Both the position numbers and the translations under genes were made by a program. A stretch of DNA of 35,565 nt from Bacillota bacterium (GTDB lineage: Bacteria; Bacillota; Clostridia; Acetivibrionales; DSM-1351), in the NCBI GenBank assembly GCA_023417285.1, contig JAEZFR010000113.1, positions 1-35,565 on the forward strand, in the 5' to 3' direction. Of this stretch, positions 16,981 through 26,276 are shown in pieces (positions within the stretch are counted from its first letter, which is position 1; each line of letters begins with the position of its first letter). The notes beneath the pieces were generated by a model. It saw nothing but the letters and a program-made list of their open reading frames with translations. It did no database searches and had not been told where the DNA came from.

Positions 16981-18561
16981 ATGAAGAAGATTTTTGTAAC
17001 ATTTCTTGCAGTAATGATGGTTGTTTCTAGCTTAGCGGGTTGTGGTAGTGATGGTAAAACCCCGAGTAATACCTCAACTTCACAAGCAAGTAGCTCACAG
17101 GGAGCAAGTGCCCTAGACGGGGAAAAGCCAACCCTTAAGTATCTTGGCTACAATGTAAGCTTTGATCCTAACACTGACAGCATGGCAGCAGTTTATGAAG
17201 AGAAGACGGGCTACAAGGTAAACTATAACGTACTTCCAGCTGAAAATGCTAATGAAAAGCTCCTTATGGAAGTCGCATCTGGTGCTGATTACGATGTGCT
17301 TCAGGTAAGTGTTTCACAGTTCCAGACATTACTTTCTCAAGGTGCATTGATGCCTCTTACTGGTTTACTTAATGAGTATGGCCAGGACATTCTTAAGGGT
17401 GTAAATGAGGTTACTTGGAAGGCGTGTTCGGATGAAAAAGGTGAGATATATGGTATTCCTTACAAATATCCATACCCAACTGAGATAGGTGCCTTTATGG
17501 TAGCTAGAATGGACCTGTTGAAAGCAGCTGGAATTAATGAAGTTCCTACTACAATCGACGAGTTCTACAACACACTTGTTGAACTTAAGAAGTTCTATGG
17601 TGACAAATATATCATATTTACTGGTCCTTTCCGTGTTGCTTCAGAAGGTTCTGTTAACTGGGATATACCACAGAGTATAACTTCTGCCTTTGGTATATAC
17701 AACGACTGGATGGTTGATGAAAATGGTAAAGTTTTCTATATGACCGAACATGAGAATTTCCCTAAATTGATTGAATTTATGCAAAAACTCTCAAAAGAAG
17801 GACTTATTGATCGTGACTGGGCTGTTAACAACACAACTACGGTAAATGAAAAATTCTCCGCAGGAAAAGCAATTATTGCAGCTTCTAACCGTACGGGTGT
17901 TGCGGTTACAACGCCTATAATGACAGGCAAAGACGGTCTTGGCCTCAAGGAAGAAGATCTAGGCTATATTGGTGCACTAGCAGGTTCTGATGGTACTTGC
18001 AAGTATTTGAAGACTGAGGCAATAAATCAAATGACTTGCGTACTAAAGAGTTCTAAGAATGCTGAGCATGCTATTAACTGGATCAATGTCAAACAACAAA
18101 ATCAGCTTTACCTCAATATTGGAGTTGAAGGTACACACTTTACATATGATGCAGATGGTTCCATCAAACCAATTAACCCTATCTTCTCAGAAGAACGTGG
18201 TAATTCATACTGGTATCTTAACAGTACTAATGAGGAAGAGTTTGCAAAGCAGTGGCCATCACGTGTTAGAAAGAGTGACGCAATGTGGGCGGCATTTGAT
18301 GCAGTTACCAACAAGGCTAACGCAGAAAGACCACAAATTTTTGTAGAAAATACCTTTGCATTCATGCCTTCTTTGGAGAACTTCTCTAAGTACAATCAGT
18401 CATTGTTTAAGTCAACTAGTGACTTTATTCTACAGCTTGTAAGCGGTACTAAGAAAATTGATGACCTCAAGACATTCCAATCAGATTGGACAAATGGAGG
18501 CGGAGAGAAGATAAGAACTGAAATGCAAGGTTGGTACGATGATTTCTATGGCAAAAAATAA
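16981..18561 (+). CDS. ABC solute-binding lipoprotein, LplA-like
   Basis: Lipobox SLAG-C, Ser/Thr-rich linker, 526 aa, GEIYGIP, VPTTIDEFY, GVEGTHF. Confidence 0.9.
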   Translation: MKKIFVTFLAVMMVVSSLAGCGSDGKTPSNTSTSQASSSQGASALDGEKPTLKYLGYNVSFDPNTDSMAAVYEEKTGYKVNYNVLPAENANEKLLMEVASGADYDVLQVSVSQFQTLLSQGALMPLTGLLNEYGQDILKGVNEVTWKACSDEKGEIYGIPYKYPYPTEIGAFMVARMDLLKAAGINEVPTTIDEFYNTLVELKKFYGDKYIIFTGPFRVASEGSVNWDIPQSITSAFGIYNDWMVDENGKVFYMTEHENFPKLIEFMQKLSKEGLIDRDWAVNNTTTVNEKFSAGKAIIAASNRTGVAVTTPIMTGKDGLGLKEEDLGYIGALAGSDGTCKYLKTEAINQMTCVLKSSKNAEHAINWINVKQQNQLYLNIGVEGTHFTYDADGSIKPINPIFSEERGNSYWYLNSTNEEEFAKQWPSRVRKSDAMWAAFDAVTNKANAERPQIFVENTFAFMPSLENFSKYNQSLFKSTSDFILQLVSGTKKIDDLKTFQSDWTNGGGEKIRTEMQGWYDDFYGKK

Positions 18562-18580
18562 ATTATAACAAACTACATAA

Positions 18581-18605
18581 GTAGCAGTCCCCTCGGGACT
18601 GCTAC
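18581..18605 (+). other. GC-rich intercistronic hairpin without U-tract (probable mRNA stabiliser)
   Basis: GTAGCAGTCCC-CTC-GGGACTGCTAC, an 11-bp perfect stem right after the binding-protein gene. Confidence 0.7.
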
Positions 18606-18642
18606 AACACTAAACAGAAATATAACTATAAGGAGATATTAG

Positions 18643-20016
18643 ATGAGTACAATTAATTATAGCAAAATACTTCCCGTTTATAGTGAAATAGATATCCTAG
18701 TTGTAGGTGCGGGTCCGGCAGGAATAGGAGCAGCTATATGTGCTGCTAGGGGTGGTGCAAAGACACTTGTAATTGATGATTCAGGATGTGTTGGTGGACA
18801 GGCTACTAACGGTCTTGTAGGTCCTTTTATGACCGCTTATGATGCAAGAAGTGAAAAGCAAATCATTAAAGGTATTTTTCAAGAAATTGTAGATAGAATG
18901 GAAGAAATGGGTGGTGCTATTCAGCCTAGTGTAGTTAGATCTACAACTTCCCACGCTGGATTCTATAAGGTTGGTCATGATCATGTGGGACCATTTGACC
19001 ATGAAGCTTTAAAATTGGTTGCTTCCGACATGATTCTAGAAGCAGGTGCAGAAATTCTCTTGCATACCCAGTTTGTAGATGTTCTGAAGGAAGATGATAA
19101 GATAGTAGGAGTTGTGATTGCAAATAAGTCAGGTATGTCTGTTATTCGCGCAAAAATTATAATAGATTGTTCTGGTGATGCAGATGTAGCTGCTAGGTCT
19201 GGCGTAAATTATGAATTAGGTAACATTAATGATGGAAATATGCAGCCAGCAACAATGTTCTTCCGTGTTTCCAATGTAGACTCAGATAGACTAAAGGCTC
19301 ACATAAAGGAACATGAGGATGAGATTCGTCCTTTCTATGGGCCATTCAGCTGGTTGATTAAAGAAAAGCAGGAGGAATGGGGAGATGTACCTCGTGCAGA
19401 GATTTGCCTATTTGAGAGTCCTGAACCTGGTGAGTATCGTTTAAATGTTTCCCGTATTCTAGATATTGATGGAACCAATGCCGAGGATTTAACAAAGGCT
19501 GAATTGATTGGAATGAAGCAGGCGCATAAAGTGTTTAATTTCTTGAAGAAGTACGCTATTGGATTTGAGAATGCAAAGTTTATGGGTACAGCAGCTAGAG
19601 TAGGAATTCGTGAGACTCGCCATATTGATGGTCTGTACAAGTTGACAGCAGACGATGTTATAAATTGTCGCGTACCTGATAACTCCATAGCTGTTCTGGC
19701 AACAAATATGGATACTCACAATAGGAACGACCCAGGAGGTACATATTACACCTTAGAAAATGGGCCTTACTTTGGTGTGCCATACCAGTGCTTGGTTCCA
19801 AAGGGAGTTAGCAATCTTCTTGTTGCAGGGCGTTCACTATCAGCAGATGCGATTGCAGGGTCAGCTACTCGTATGATACCATGCTGTATGGTATTCGGTC
19901 AGGCTGCAGGTACTGCAGCAGCAATGGCAATAAAAGAAGATAAGTTGCCTGCAACTATTGATGTAAAAGAACTTCGTACAAATCTATTAAAGCAAGGTGC
20001 CTTTTTAGGTGATTAA
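18643..20016 (+). CDS. FAD-dependent oxidoreductase, PF12831-type (paralog 3)
   Basis: GAGPAG, IDCSGDAD, QPAT, GIRETRH, DTH, ATRMIPCCMVFGQAAG. Confidence 0.88.
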   Translation: MSTINYSKILPVYSEIDILVVGAGPAGIGAAICAARGGAKTLVIDDSGCVGGQATNGLVGPFMTAYDARSEKQIIKGIFQEIVDRMEEMGGAIQPSVVRSTTSHAGFYKVGHDHVGPFDHEALKLVASDMILEAGAEILLHTQFVDVLKEDDKIVGVVIANKSGMSVIRAKIIIDCSGDADVAARSGVNYELGNINDGNMQPATMFFRVSNVDSDRLKAHIKEHEDEIRPFYGPFSWLIKEKQEEWGDVPRAEICLFESPEPGEYRLNVSRILDIDGTNAEDLTKAELIGMKQAHKVFNFLKKYAIGFENAKFMGTAARVGIRETRHIDGLYKLTADDVINCRVPDNSIAVLATNMDTHNRNDPGGTYYTLENGPYFGVPYQCLVPKGVSNLLVAGRSLSADAIAGSATRMIPCCMVFGQAAGTAAAMAIKEDKLPATIDVKELRTNLLKQGAFLGD

Positions 20017-20037
20017 TTAAAAAGTAAATAGTTTGGT

Positions 20038-20072
20038 TTATTAGTGCAGATTTTATAAATCTGCACTAATAA
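20038..20072. other. 16-bp perfect intercistronic inverted repeat
   Basis: TTATTAGTGCAGATTT-TAT-AAATCTGCACTAATAA. Confidence 0.7.
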
Positions 20073-20093
20073 TGTAACTTTGGGGGTATTAGA

Positions 20094-21401
20094 ATGAGTA
20101 TTGAATCAGTATCATATCAGAAGTCTATAGAAGTAGCAGCACAATATGATGTTGTAGTAGTCGGTTCTGGTCCTGCTGGTATCTGTGCGGCTGTATCTGC
20201 TGCTAGATTAGGTGCAAGGACTGCATTGATTGAGCGTTATGGTACGCTTGGTGGAAATCTTACTAATGGTGCCGTTGCGCCAATACTAGGGAGTGTATCA
20301 AAGGGAACCTTAAGAGATGAACTGGTTGACCGTTTAGGAGTTCCAGATAGTGATGAAACAGGTATTACACAGCAGACGCATGACTTTGAAATGGCCAAGC
20401 GTGTGCTTATTGATTTTGCACATGAAGCAGGCGTGAAGATATATTTACAAACCCCTGTTGTAGATACTATAACAGATGATAAAAAAATTACAGGCATTGT
20501 AATTTCACAAAAAACAGGCATGAAGATTATACGGGCAAAATGCTTTGTTGATGCTTCTGGCGACGGTGATGTTGCATATTTTGCAGGTGCAGAATATGAG
20601 ATGGGACGAGATGGTGACAGCCTATTACAGCCTGTTACTTTAATGTTCCGTCTACAAGGCGTTGAGGACAATGCTCTGACCTGTATTGGTGAATTAGACC
20701 ATGTTGAGTACAAGGGAGAAAGGTTTCTTGATTATACTACAAGACTTTGTAAAGATGGACATCTACCTCCAAATGCAGCGTCGGTTCGATCCTTCCGTAC
20801 TTCAGTTCCTGGTGAACGTGTGATTAACACAACTCAATCAAACGGTATCTCTGCTTTGTCTAGTGATGACCTGGAAAAAGCCGAAATTGATTTACGTACA
20901 CAAATTGATATAGTAACTGATTTTCTTAGAAAGCACGTGGACGGCTATCAGAATTGTTTTGTAAAGAGCACAGCAAACACTCTTGGAGTTCGTGAGACCC
21001 GTCGTTTTATTGGTCAATATATGCTTGATGATATGGATCTTCGTACTGGGCGTAGATTTGAAGATGTTGTAGTACATAAAGCGAGCTTTATAGTTGATAT
21101 CCATAACCCTACTGGTAGTGCACAGGCGGAAGGAGTTCCGGAAGAGGTTATACCCTATGACATCCCCTTACGTTGTTTGATTCCAAAAAGTATAGATGGT
21201 TTAGTACTAGCAGGGAGATGTATTTCTGGTACTCACCGTGCACATGCATCCTACCGTGTAATGTCTATATGCATGGCTATAGGTGAAGCTGCTGGAGTAG
21301 CTGCTGCACTTGCATCCTGCAAGGAAATAGAGCCACGCGATATACATTTCGATGAAGTGCAAAAAGTTTTGAGCCAGCGAGGGGTAGAGCTTTTTGATTA
21401 A
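20094..21401 (+). CDS. FAD-dependent oxidoreductase, PF12831-type (paralog 4)
   Basis: GSGPAG, VDASGDGD, QPVT, GVRETRR, DIH, SYRVMSICMAIGEAAG. Confidence 0.88.
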   Translation: MSIESVSYQKSIEVAAQYDVVVVGSGPAGICAAVSAARLGARTALIERYGTLGGNLTNGAVAPILGSVSKGTLRDELVDRLGVPDSDETGITQQTHDFEMAKRVLIDFAHEAGVKIYLQTPVVDTITDDKKITGIVISQKTGMKIIRAKCFVDASGDGDVAYFAGAEYEMGRDGDSLLQPVTLMFRLQGVEDNALTCIGELDHVEYKGERFLDYTTRLCKDGHLPPNAASVRSFRTSVPGERVINTTQSNGISALSSDDLEKAEIDLRTQIDIVTDFLRKHVDGYQNCFVKSTANTLGVRETRRFIGQYMLDDMDLRTGRRFEDVVVHKASFIVDIHNPTGSAQAEGVPEEVIPYDIPLRCLIPKSIDGLVLAGRCISGTHRAHASYRVMSICMAIGEAAGVAAALASCKEIEPRDIHFDEVQKVLSQRGVELFD

Positions 21402-21439
21402 CCTTGGGCATGTGGTCAGCCCATTTATTAGGAGGGTTT

Positions 21440-22735
21440 ATGTTTATTTTTGAAAAAGAGACTAAGGTTCCAGTTATAGATAGTTACGACGTAATTGTAT
21501 GTGGAGGTGGACCTTCTGGTATTATTGCAGCTGTTGCCTCTGCTAGAAATGGTGCAAGAACGCTACTAATCGAGCGGTATGGTTTTGTAGGGGGCATGGC
21601 ATCAAGTGCTCTTGTAACCCCTATTAGTATTTTTAAAAAGAAGAAAAAGCTTATTATTGATGGAATTCCTTTCGAGCTAATGAAGAGAATTAGCGATTTA
21701 GATGGAGCTGACGTTACACTTGATAGCGGAAATGTTCCTGTAAATGATGAGATGTTCAAGCTGGCAGCTCAGCAGATGCTTCTCGAAAGCGGAGTCACAT
21801 TGTTATATCATACTTATTTTTCAAATTGTATTATGACTGATGGAAAGGTTAGCCATGTAATAGTACAAAACAAGGCTGGACGTGTTGCTTATGGCTGTAA
21901 AGTTGCTATTGACTGTACAGGTGATGCCGACCTGGTCAGAGCAGCTGGCTATGAAACCACAAAACAAGACAAGCTTCAGCCTGCATCCTTGTGGTTCCAA
22001 CTTGGCGGTGTTGATACTGATGCACTTCAAGATTTATTTGCTGATGCAGTTGATGAAAAAATGCCTATCAGTGCCGAAATCAGAGACAGATTGAGCGAAC
22101 TTAATGCAAAGGGTGAAATGCCTATATTTGGGGGACCATGGATTAGCAGACACTTCCGTGATGGAATAGTAACTATTAATTTATTACGTGAGGGCACAGA
22201 TGCAAGCTCACCTGAACAATTTACTAAGGCAGAGTGCAATCTGCGTGAGAACTTATTCAAAGTAATAAATATTATGCGCGAAAACTTTGCAGCTTTTAAG
22301 GATTGCTGGCTGTTAAAGTCAGGGACGCAGGCTGGAGTGAGAGAAACTTACCGTATTGTTGGATTATATGAGATGACAGCGGACGATGTACTCAATCCAA
22401 AGAATTTCAAGGATACCATTGCAAAGGGAACGCATGTAATAGATATTCATAGGCCAGATAGTATCGAGCAAGTGTGCACTAGTTTGAAGCAGGAGTACAA
22501 TATTCCATACGGTGTACTGGTACCTAAAAATAGTGAAAACCTAATTACTGCCGGCCGCTGTGTATGCACCGATAACTCGGCGTTTGGTTCAATCAGAGTT
22601 ATGGCAACTTGTATGGCAATGGGGCAGGCTGCAGGAACTGCTGCAGCTATTAGTTTACACAATAATTGCTCAATGAGCAAAATGGACACTGAGCTATTAG
22701 TGAAAAAGCTGAGAGAGCAAGGTGCTATCGTATAA
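21440..22735 (+). CDS. FAD-dependent oxidoreductase, PF12831-type (paralog 5)
   Basis: The ATG at 21440 follows AGGAGGG. GGGPSG, IDCTGDAD, QPAS, GVRETYR, DIH, SIRVMATCMAMGQAAG. Confidence 0.88.
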   Translation: MFIFEKETKVPVIDSYDVIVCGGGPSGIIAAVASARNGARTLLIERYGFVGGMASSALVTPISIFKKKKKLIIDGIPFELMKRISDLDGADVTLDSGNVPVNDEMFKLAAQQMLLESGVTLLYHTYFSNCIMTDGKVSHVIVQNKAGRVAYGCKVAIDCTGDADLVRAAGYETTKQDKLQPASLWFQLGGVDTDALQDLFADAVDEKMPISAEIRDRLSELNAKGEMPIFGGPWISRHFRDGIVTINLLREGTDASSPEQFTKAECNLRENLFKVINIMRENFAAFKDCWLLKSGTQAGVRETYRIVGLYEMTADDVLNPKNFKDTIAKGTHVIDIHRPDSIEQVCTSLKQEYNIPYGVLVPKNSENLITAGRCVCTDNSAFGSIRVMATCMAMGQAAGTAAAISLHNNCSMSKMDTELLVKKLREQGAIV

Positions 22736-22847
22736 GATGCTTGAATGATTTTTTATTCAATGCCTAAAAGTGCATATATTTAATTCAAGAATTTATTTAC
22801 ATAACAAATAGTAAAGTAAAGCGTCTTTTTTTGAAAGGGGGACTAGT

Positions 22848-23924
22848 ATGAGAAATATACCATCAACTATGAAGGCTCTAGTAGCATATGGAAAAGGGGA
22901 TTACCGTTTTGAGACAAACTATCCTACACCAGAATGTGGACCTGATGATATCATAATTAAGACTGAAGGTTGCGGTGTTTGCGCAAGTGACCTAAAGTGT
23001 GAACATGGTGCAGCTATGTATTGGGGTGGCGATAATCAACCAGCTTGGGTAGAACCGCCATTTATTCCCGGACATGAATTTTTGGGATATATCGTTGAAG
23101 TAGGCGAAAATATTAAAGATTTTAAAATTGGAGAAAGAGTTATTGCCGATCAGATTGTCCCATGTGGTGAGTGCAGGTTTTGCAAAACCGGTAAGTATTG
23201 GATGTGTCAACCTCATGCAATATTTGGGTTCCAAAAAGATAACAACGGAGGCATGGCAGAATATGTAAGATTCCCAAAGACCTCTGTTATTTCTAGAGTT
23301 CCCGAGGAGATACCTTTAACATCCGCGCTACTAATTGAACCCTATGGTTGTTCAAAACATGCAGTAGATAGAGCCCAGATACATAACGATGATATAGTAG
23401 TTATTTCTGGTGCTGGTACTCTTGGCCTTGGAATGATTACATATGCTAGAATGCAAAATCCTGCTAAATTAATAGTATTGGATATGGTGGATAAGCGTTT
23501 GGAAAAAGCAAAAGAGTTCGGTGCAGATATTGTTATGAACCCTGGCAAAGAGGATGTTGTCGCAAAAGTGCTTGAGTTAACTGAGGGCTATGGATGCGAT
23601 ATATACATAGAAGCAACAGGGCATCCATCTAGTGTAGTTCAAGGGCTCAGTATGATAAGAAAGTTAGGACGATTTGTAGAATTTAGTGTTTTTGGGGAAC
23701 CAACTACAGTGGATTGGTCAATTATTGGAGACAGAAAGGAACTAGATCTTTTGGGTTCCCATTTAAGTCCATATTGCTACCCATTCGTAATTGAAAATAT
23801 CAAAAATGGCAAATTAAAAACTAACGGACTAATTACAAAGACCTTTGCCCTCGAAGAATGGGAAACGGCTTTTGAATATGCAAGCGGAAAACATGGTGAT
23901 TTCAAAGTTGCTATTACTTTTTAA
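22848..23924 (+). CDS. Zn-dependent polyol dehydrogenase, erythritol/L-threitol dehydrogenase (EltD)-like, copy 1
   Basis: CGVCASDLKC, the WGGDNQPAWV insertion, PGHE, structural Zn CGECRFC...C, GAGTLG, EFSVF. Confidence 0.85.
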   Translation: MRNIPSTMKALVAYGKGDYRFETNYPTPECGPDDIIIKTEGCGVCASDLKCEHGAAMYWGGDNQPAWVEPPFIPGHEFLGYIVEVGENIKDFKIGERVIADQIVPCGECRFCKTGKYWMCQPHAIFGFQKDNNGGMAEYVRFPKTSVISRVPEEIPLTSALLIEPYGCSKHAVDRAQIHNDDIVVISGAGTLGLGMITYARMQNPAKLIVLDMVDKRLEKAKEFGADIVMNPGKEDVVAKVLELTEGYGCDIYIEATGHPSSVVQGLSMIRKLGRFVEFSVFGEPTTVDWSIIGDRKELDLLGSHLSPYCYPFVIENIKNGKLKTNGLITKTFALEEWETAFEYASGKHGDFKVAITF

Positions 23925-23968
23925 TATAGATATATATTACAGCTAAACACATGGGAAAGGTGATTAAT

Positions 23969-24982
23969 TTGAAAGCATTTTTTATTGAGAAACCCAACGT
24001 TGGGATAGTAAGAGATACACAGGTACCCATTCCGGCAGATGATGAAATACTTCTCGAGGTAAAGGCAGCAGGCTTATGTGGTACTGATGTGCACATATAT
24101 AAAGGTGAATATTTTGGAAGCTATCCAAGAATTCCGGGTCACGAATTTTCTGGAGTAGTTGCTGGTATTGGCAAAAACGTTACAAAGTTTAAGGTTGGTC
24201 AACATGTTGCCGCTGATCCAAACATTTTTTGTGAGGCATGCGATGCATGTAAGGAAAACCGCCAGAATTTTTGCATAGATATGCACGCTGTTGGTGTAAC
24301 AAGGCATGGTGCTTTTGCTCAATATTTAACTGTTCCTGAGCGTTGTGTTTTTGACACTTCGGGGCTTTCCTTTACTGAGGCTTCTATGATAGAACCTTTA
24401 GCATGTGTGGTATATGGACAAGAAAAGGCAGGAATAGGCTTAGGCAGCTCTGTACTGATATTCGGTGCAGGCCCGATAGGACTTATGCATGCTCAGTTGG
24501 CAGCTATAAATGGAGCGGCTAGTGTTACAGTTGTTGATCTTTTTGAGAATAAACTTGTACTGGCAAAAAAACTTGGGGCAGACCATACGTATACATCTGC
24601 AGAGTTTGAAAAGCTAGGTTTGATAAATTCTTATGAGGTTGTTATTGACTGTACTGGAGTGCCAAGAGTAATTGAGGGTGAAATTAAGTATGTTAAGGAC
24701 TCTGGTACAATACTATTCTTTGGTGTTTGCCCTGATAATAGTCAAATAACCATAAATCCTTATGAGGTGTTTAAGCGCGAACTAAAGATTTGCGGAAGCT
24801 TCGCTCTCAAAAAGACCTTTGGGAAGGCAGTTGCACTTGCCAAAAGTGGTAAAGTTAACTTGCTGAATCTTGTAGACAAGAGACTGACGCTGGACGATGC
24901 GCCCGAGACCTTTGAAAATGTATTGTCTGGGAATGCAGGGTTAAAGACTATTTTCTATCCTAATGGAGTAGAAAATATATAA
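23969..24982 (+). CDS. Zn-dependent (MDR) sugar-alcohol dehydrogenase
   Basis: CGTD, PGHE, CEACDAC...C, GAGPIG. Probable TTG start at 23969 after GAAAGGTG; the ATG at 23951 is the alternative. Confidence 0.85.
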   Translation: MKAFFIEKPNVGIVRDTQVPIPADDEILLEVKAAGLCGTDVHIYKGEYFGSYPRIPGHEFSGVVAGIGKNVTKFKVGQHVAADPNIFCEACDACKENRQNFCIDMHAVGVTRHGAFAQYLTVPERCVFDTSGLSFTEASMIEPLACVVYGQEKAGIGLGSSVLIFGAGPIGLMHAQLAAINGAASVTVVDLFENKLVLAKKLGADHTYTSAEFEKLGLINSYEVVIDCTGVPRVIEGEIKYVKDSGTILFFGVCPDNSQITINPYEVFKRELKICGSFALKKTFGKAVALAKSGKVNLLNLVDKRLTLDDAPETFENVLSGNAGLKTIFYPNGVENI

Positions 24983-24992
24983 ACCCTAATAA

Positions 24993-25195
24993 CAAAGGTA
25001 ACTGAGCTTAACACAAGATAAATGAATTCCTCTCAAGATAAATGAATTCAGAGAAGTTAACCGAGTGAAGAAAAGATAAATAGTTCAGGAACATAAATGA
25101 ATTAGTTTAAGGCATGGATTCAGGCAAGATAAATTAGTCGAGGGAATATAAATAGATTTTAGCAAGGTAGCAGAATCAGCAAAATAATTGAGCTA
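24993..25195. repeat. Degenerate tandem repeat, about 10-11 units of 17-20 bp (consensus CAAGATAAATGAATTC)
   Basis: Exact 16-mers at 25014 and 25034. Decayed copies near 24994, 25053, 25073, 25090, 25108, 25125, 25145, 25163 and 25181. Confidence 0.65.
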
Positions 25196-25226
25196 ATTAA
25201 GGATGATATGTTAAGGAGGAGATTGT

Positions 25227-26249
25227 ATGTTGCGTGCGACAATGACAAAGCCCGGTGAAATTGTATTTGAAAATATACCGGTTCCTGATGTAGGTGATAA
25301 TCAAGTTTTATTGAAGATGGCGAGGATAGGTGTGTGTGGGTCAGATATGCATGTTTATCATGGTAAGCATCCATATACTACATATCCAGTAGTTCAAGGA
25401 CACGAAGTTACAGCAGTAGTTGAGAAATGTGGAAATGGAGTTAAAGATTTTGCTCCTGGAGATAGGGTTACTGTTCAACCTCAGGTTTTCTGTGGTAAAT
25501 GTGCTATGTGTAGAGAAGGGGATTACCATATTTGTGAGAGCCTAAAGGTAATGGGATTTCAAACAGAGGGCATGGCGCAAGAGTACTTTCTGGTAGACCA
25601 AACGAAGGTCATACATATACCCGAGGAGCTCGACCTGGATTACGGTGCACTTATTGAGCCTGTTGCTGTTGGAGTTCATGCAGTAAGAAGATTAGGAAAT
25701 GTTACTGGCAAAAAGGTTTTGGTATTTGGTGCAGGACCTATTGGTAATCTTGTAGCACAAGTAGCAAAAGCTATGGGTGCAGTTAGCGTTATGATTACTG
25801 ATATAAGCGACTATAGAATTCAAAAGGCTATCGAATGTGGGATTGATTTTTGTATCAATACAGCTAAAGAAGATTTAAAAACTGCAGTGTTAAAAAACTT
25901 TGGTGAAGATGGCGCTGATGCAATATTTGAATGTATTGGTGTTCAGCCTACAATGGACCAAGCTGTAGCCATGGCAAGAAAAGGCACTACAATAATGGTG
26001 GTGGGTGTTTTTGGTGATATACCAAGGGTGGACCTTGGATTAGTACAGGATAGAGAGCTTACCTTGCGTGGTACTCTTATGTATAAGAGAGAAGATTTTG
26101 ATGATGCAATAAGATTTATGGCAAGCAAAAAGATTATAATAGAACCGCTAATATCTCGCCATTTCGCATTTAAGAATTATCTTGAGGCATATAAGTTCAT
26201 CGAGGAATCTAAGGATTTAGCTATGAAGGTTTTAATTGATATATTCTAA
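25227..26249 (+). CDS. Zn-dependent (MDR) sorbitol-dehydrogenase-like polyol dehydrogenase
   Basis: CGSD, QGHE, CGKCAMC...C, GAGPIG. AAGGAGG RBS. Confidence 0.87.
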   Translation: MLRATMTKPGEIVFENIPVPDVGDNQVLLKMARIGVCGSDMHVYHGKHPYTTYPVVQGHEVTAVVEKCGNGVKDFAPGDRVTVQPQVFCGKCAMCREGDYHICESLKVMGFQTEGMAQEYFLVDQTKVIHIPEELDLDYGALIEPVAVGVHAVRRLGNVTGKKVLVFGAGPIGNLVAQVAKAMGAVSVMITDISDYRIQKAIECGIDFCINTAKEDLKTAVLKNFGEDGADAIFECIGVQPTMDQAVAMARKGTTIMVVGVFGDIPRVDLGLVQDRELTLRGTLMYKREDFDDAIRFMASKKIIIEPLISRHFAFKNYLEAYKFIEESKDLAMKVLIDIF

Positions 26250-26276
26250 AAAATATTGAAAGAAAGTTGGTGTATT

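Noticed and set aside
15014..18561. Missing ATPase subunit in both ABC clusters
   Set aside because: Normal for Firmicute CUT1 importers, which share an MsmX/MsmK-type ATPase encoded elsewhere.
21404..21439. Longer starts in the track (21404, also 12735, 16010, 23951, 26256, 27605, 32821)
   Set aside because: Downstream starts have better RBS placement and/or match family N-termini.
7665..22735. Annotating the FAD proteins as GidA/MnmG, thioredoxin reductase or xanthan lyase
   Set aside because: Only the FAD-binding fold is shared. The length and the GxRET, DxH and RVMxxC motifs fit the PF12831-type family, and no lyase domain is present.
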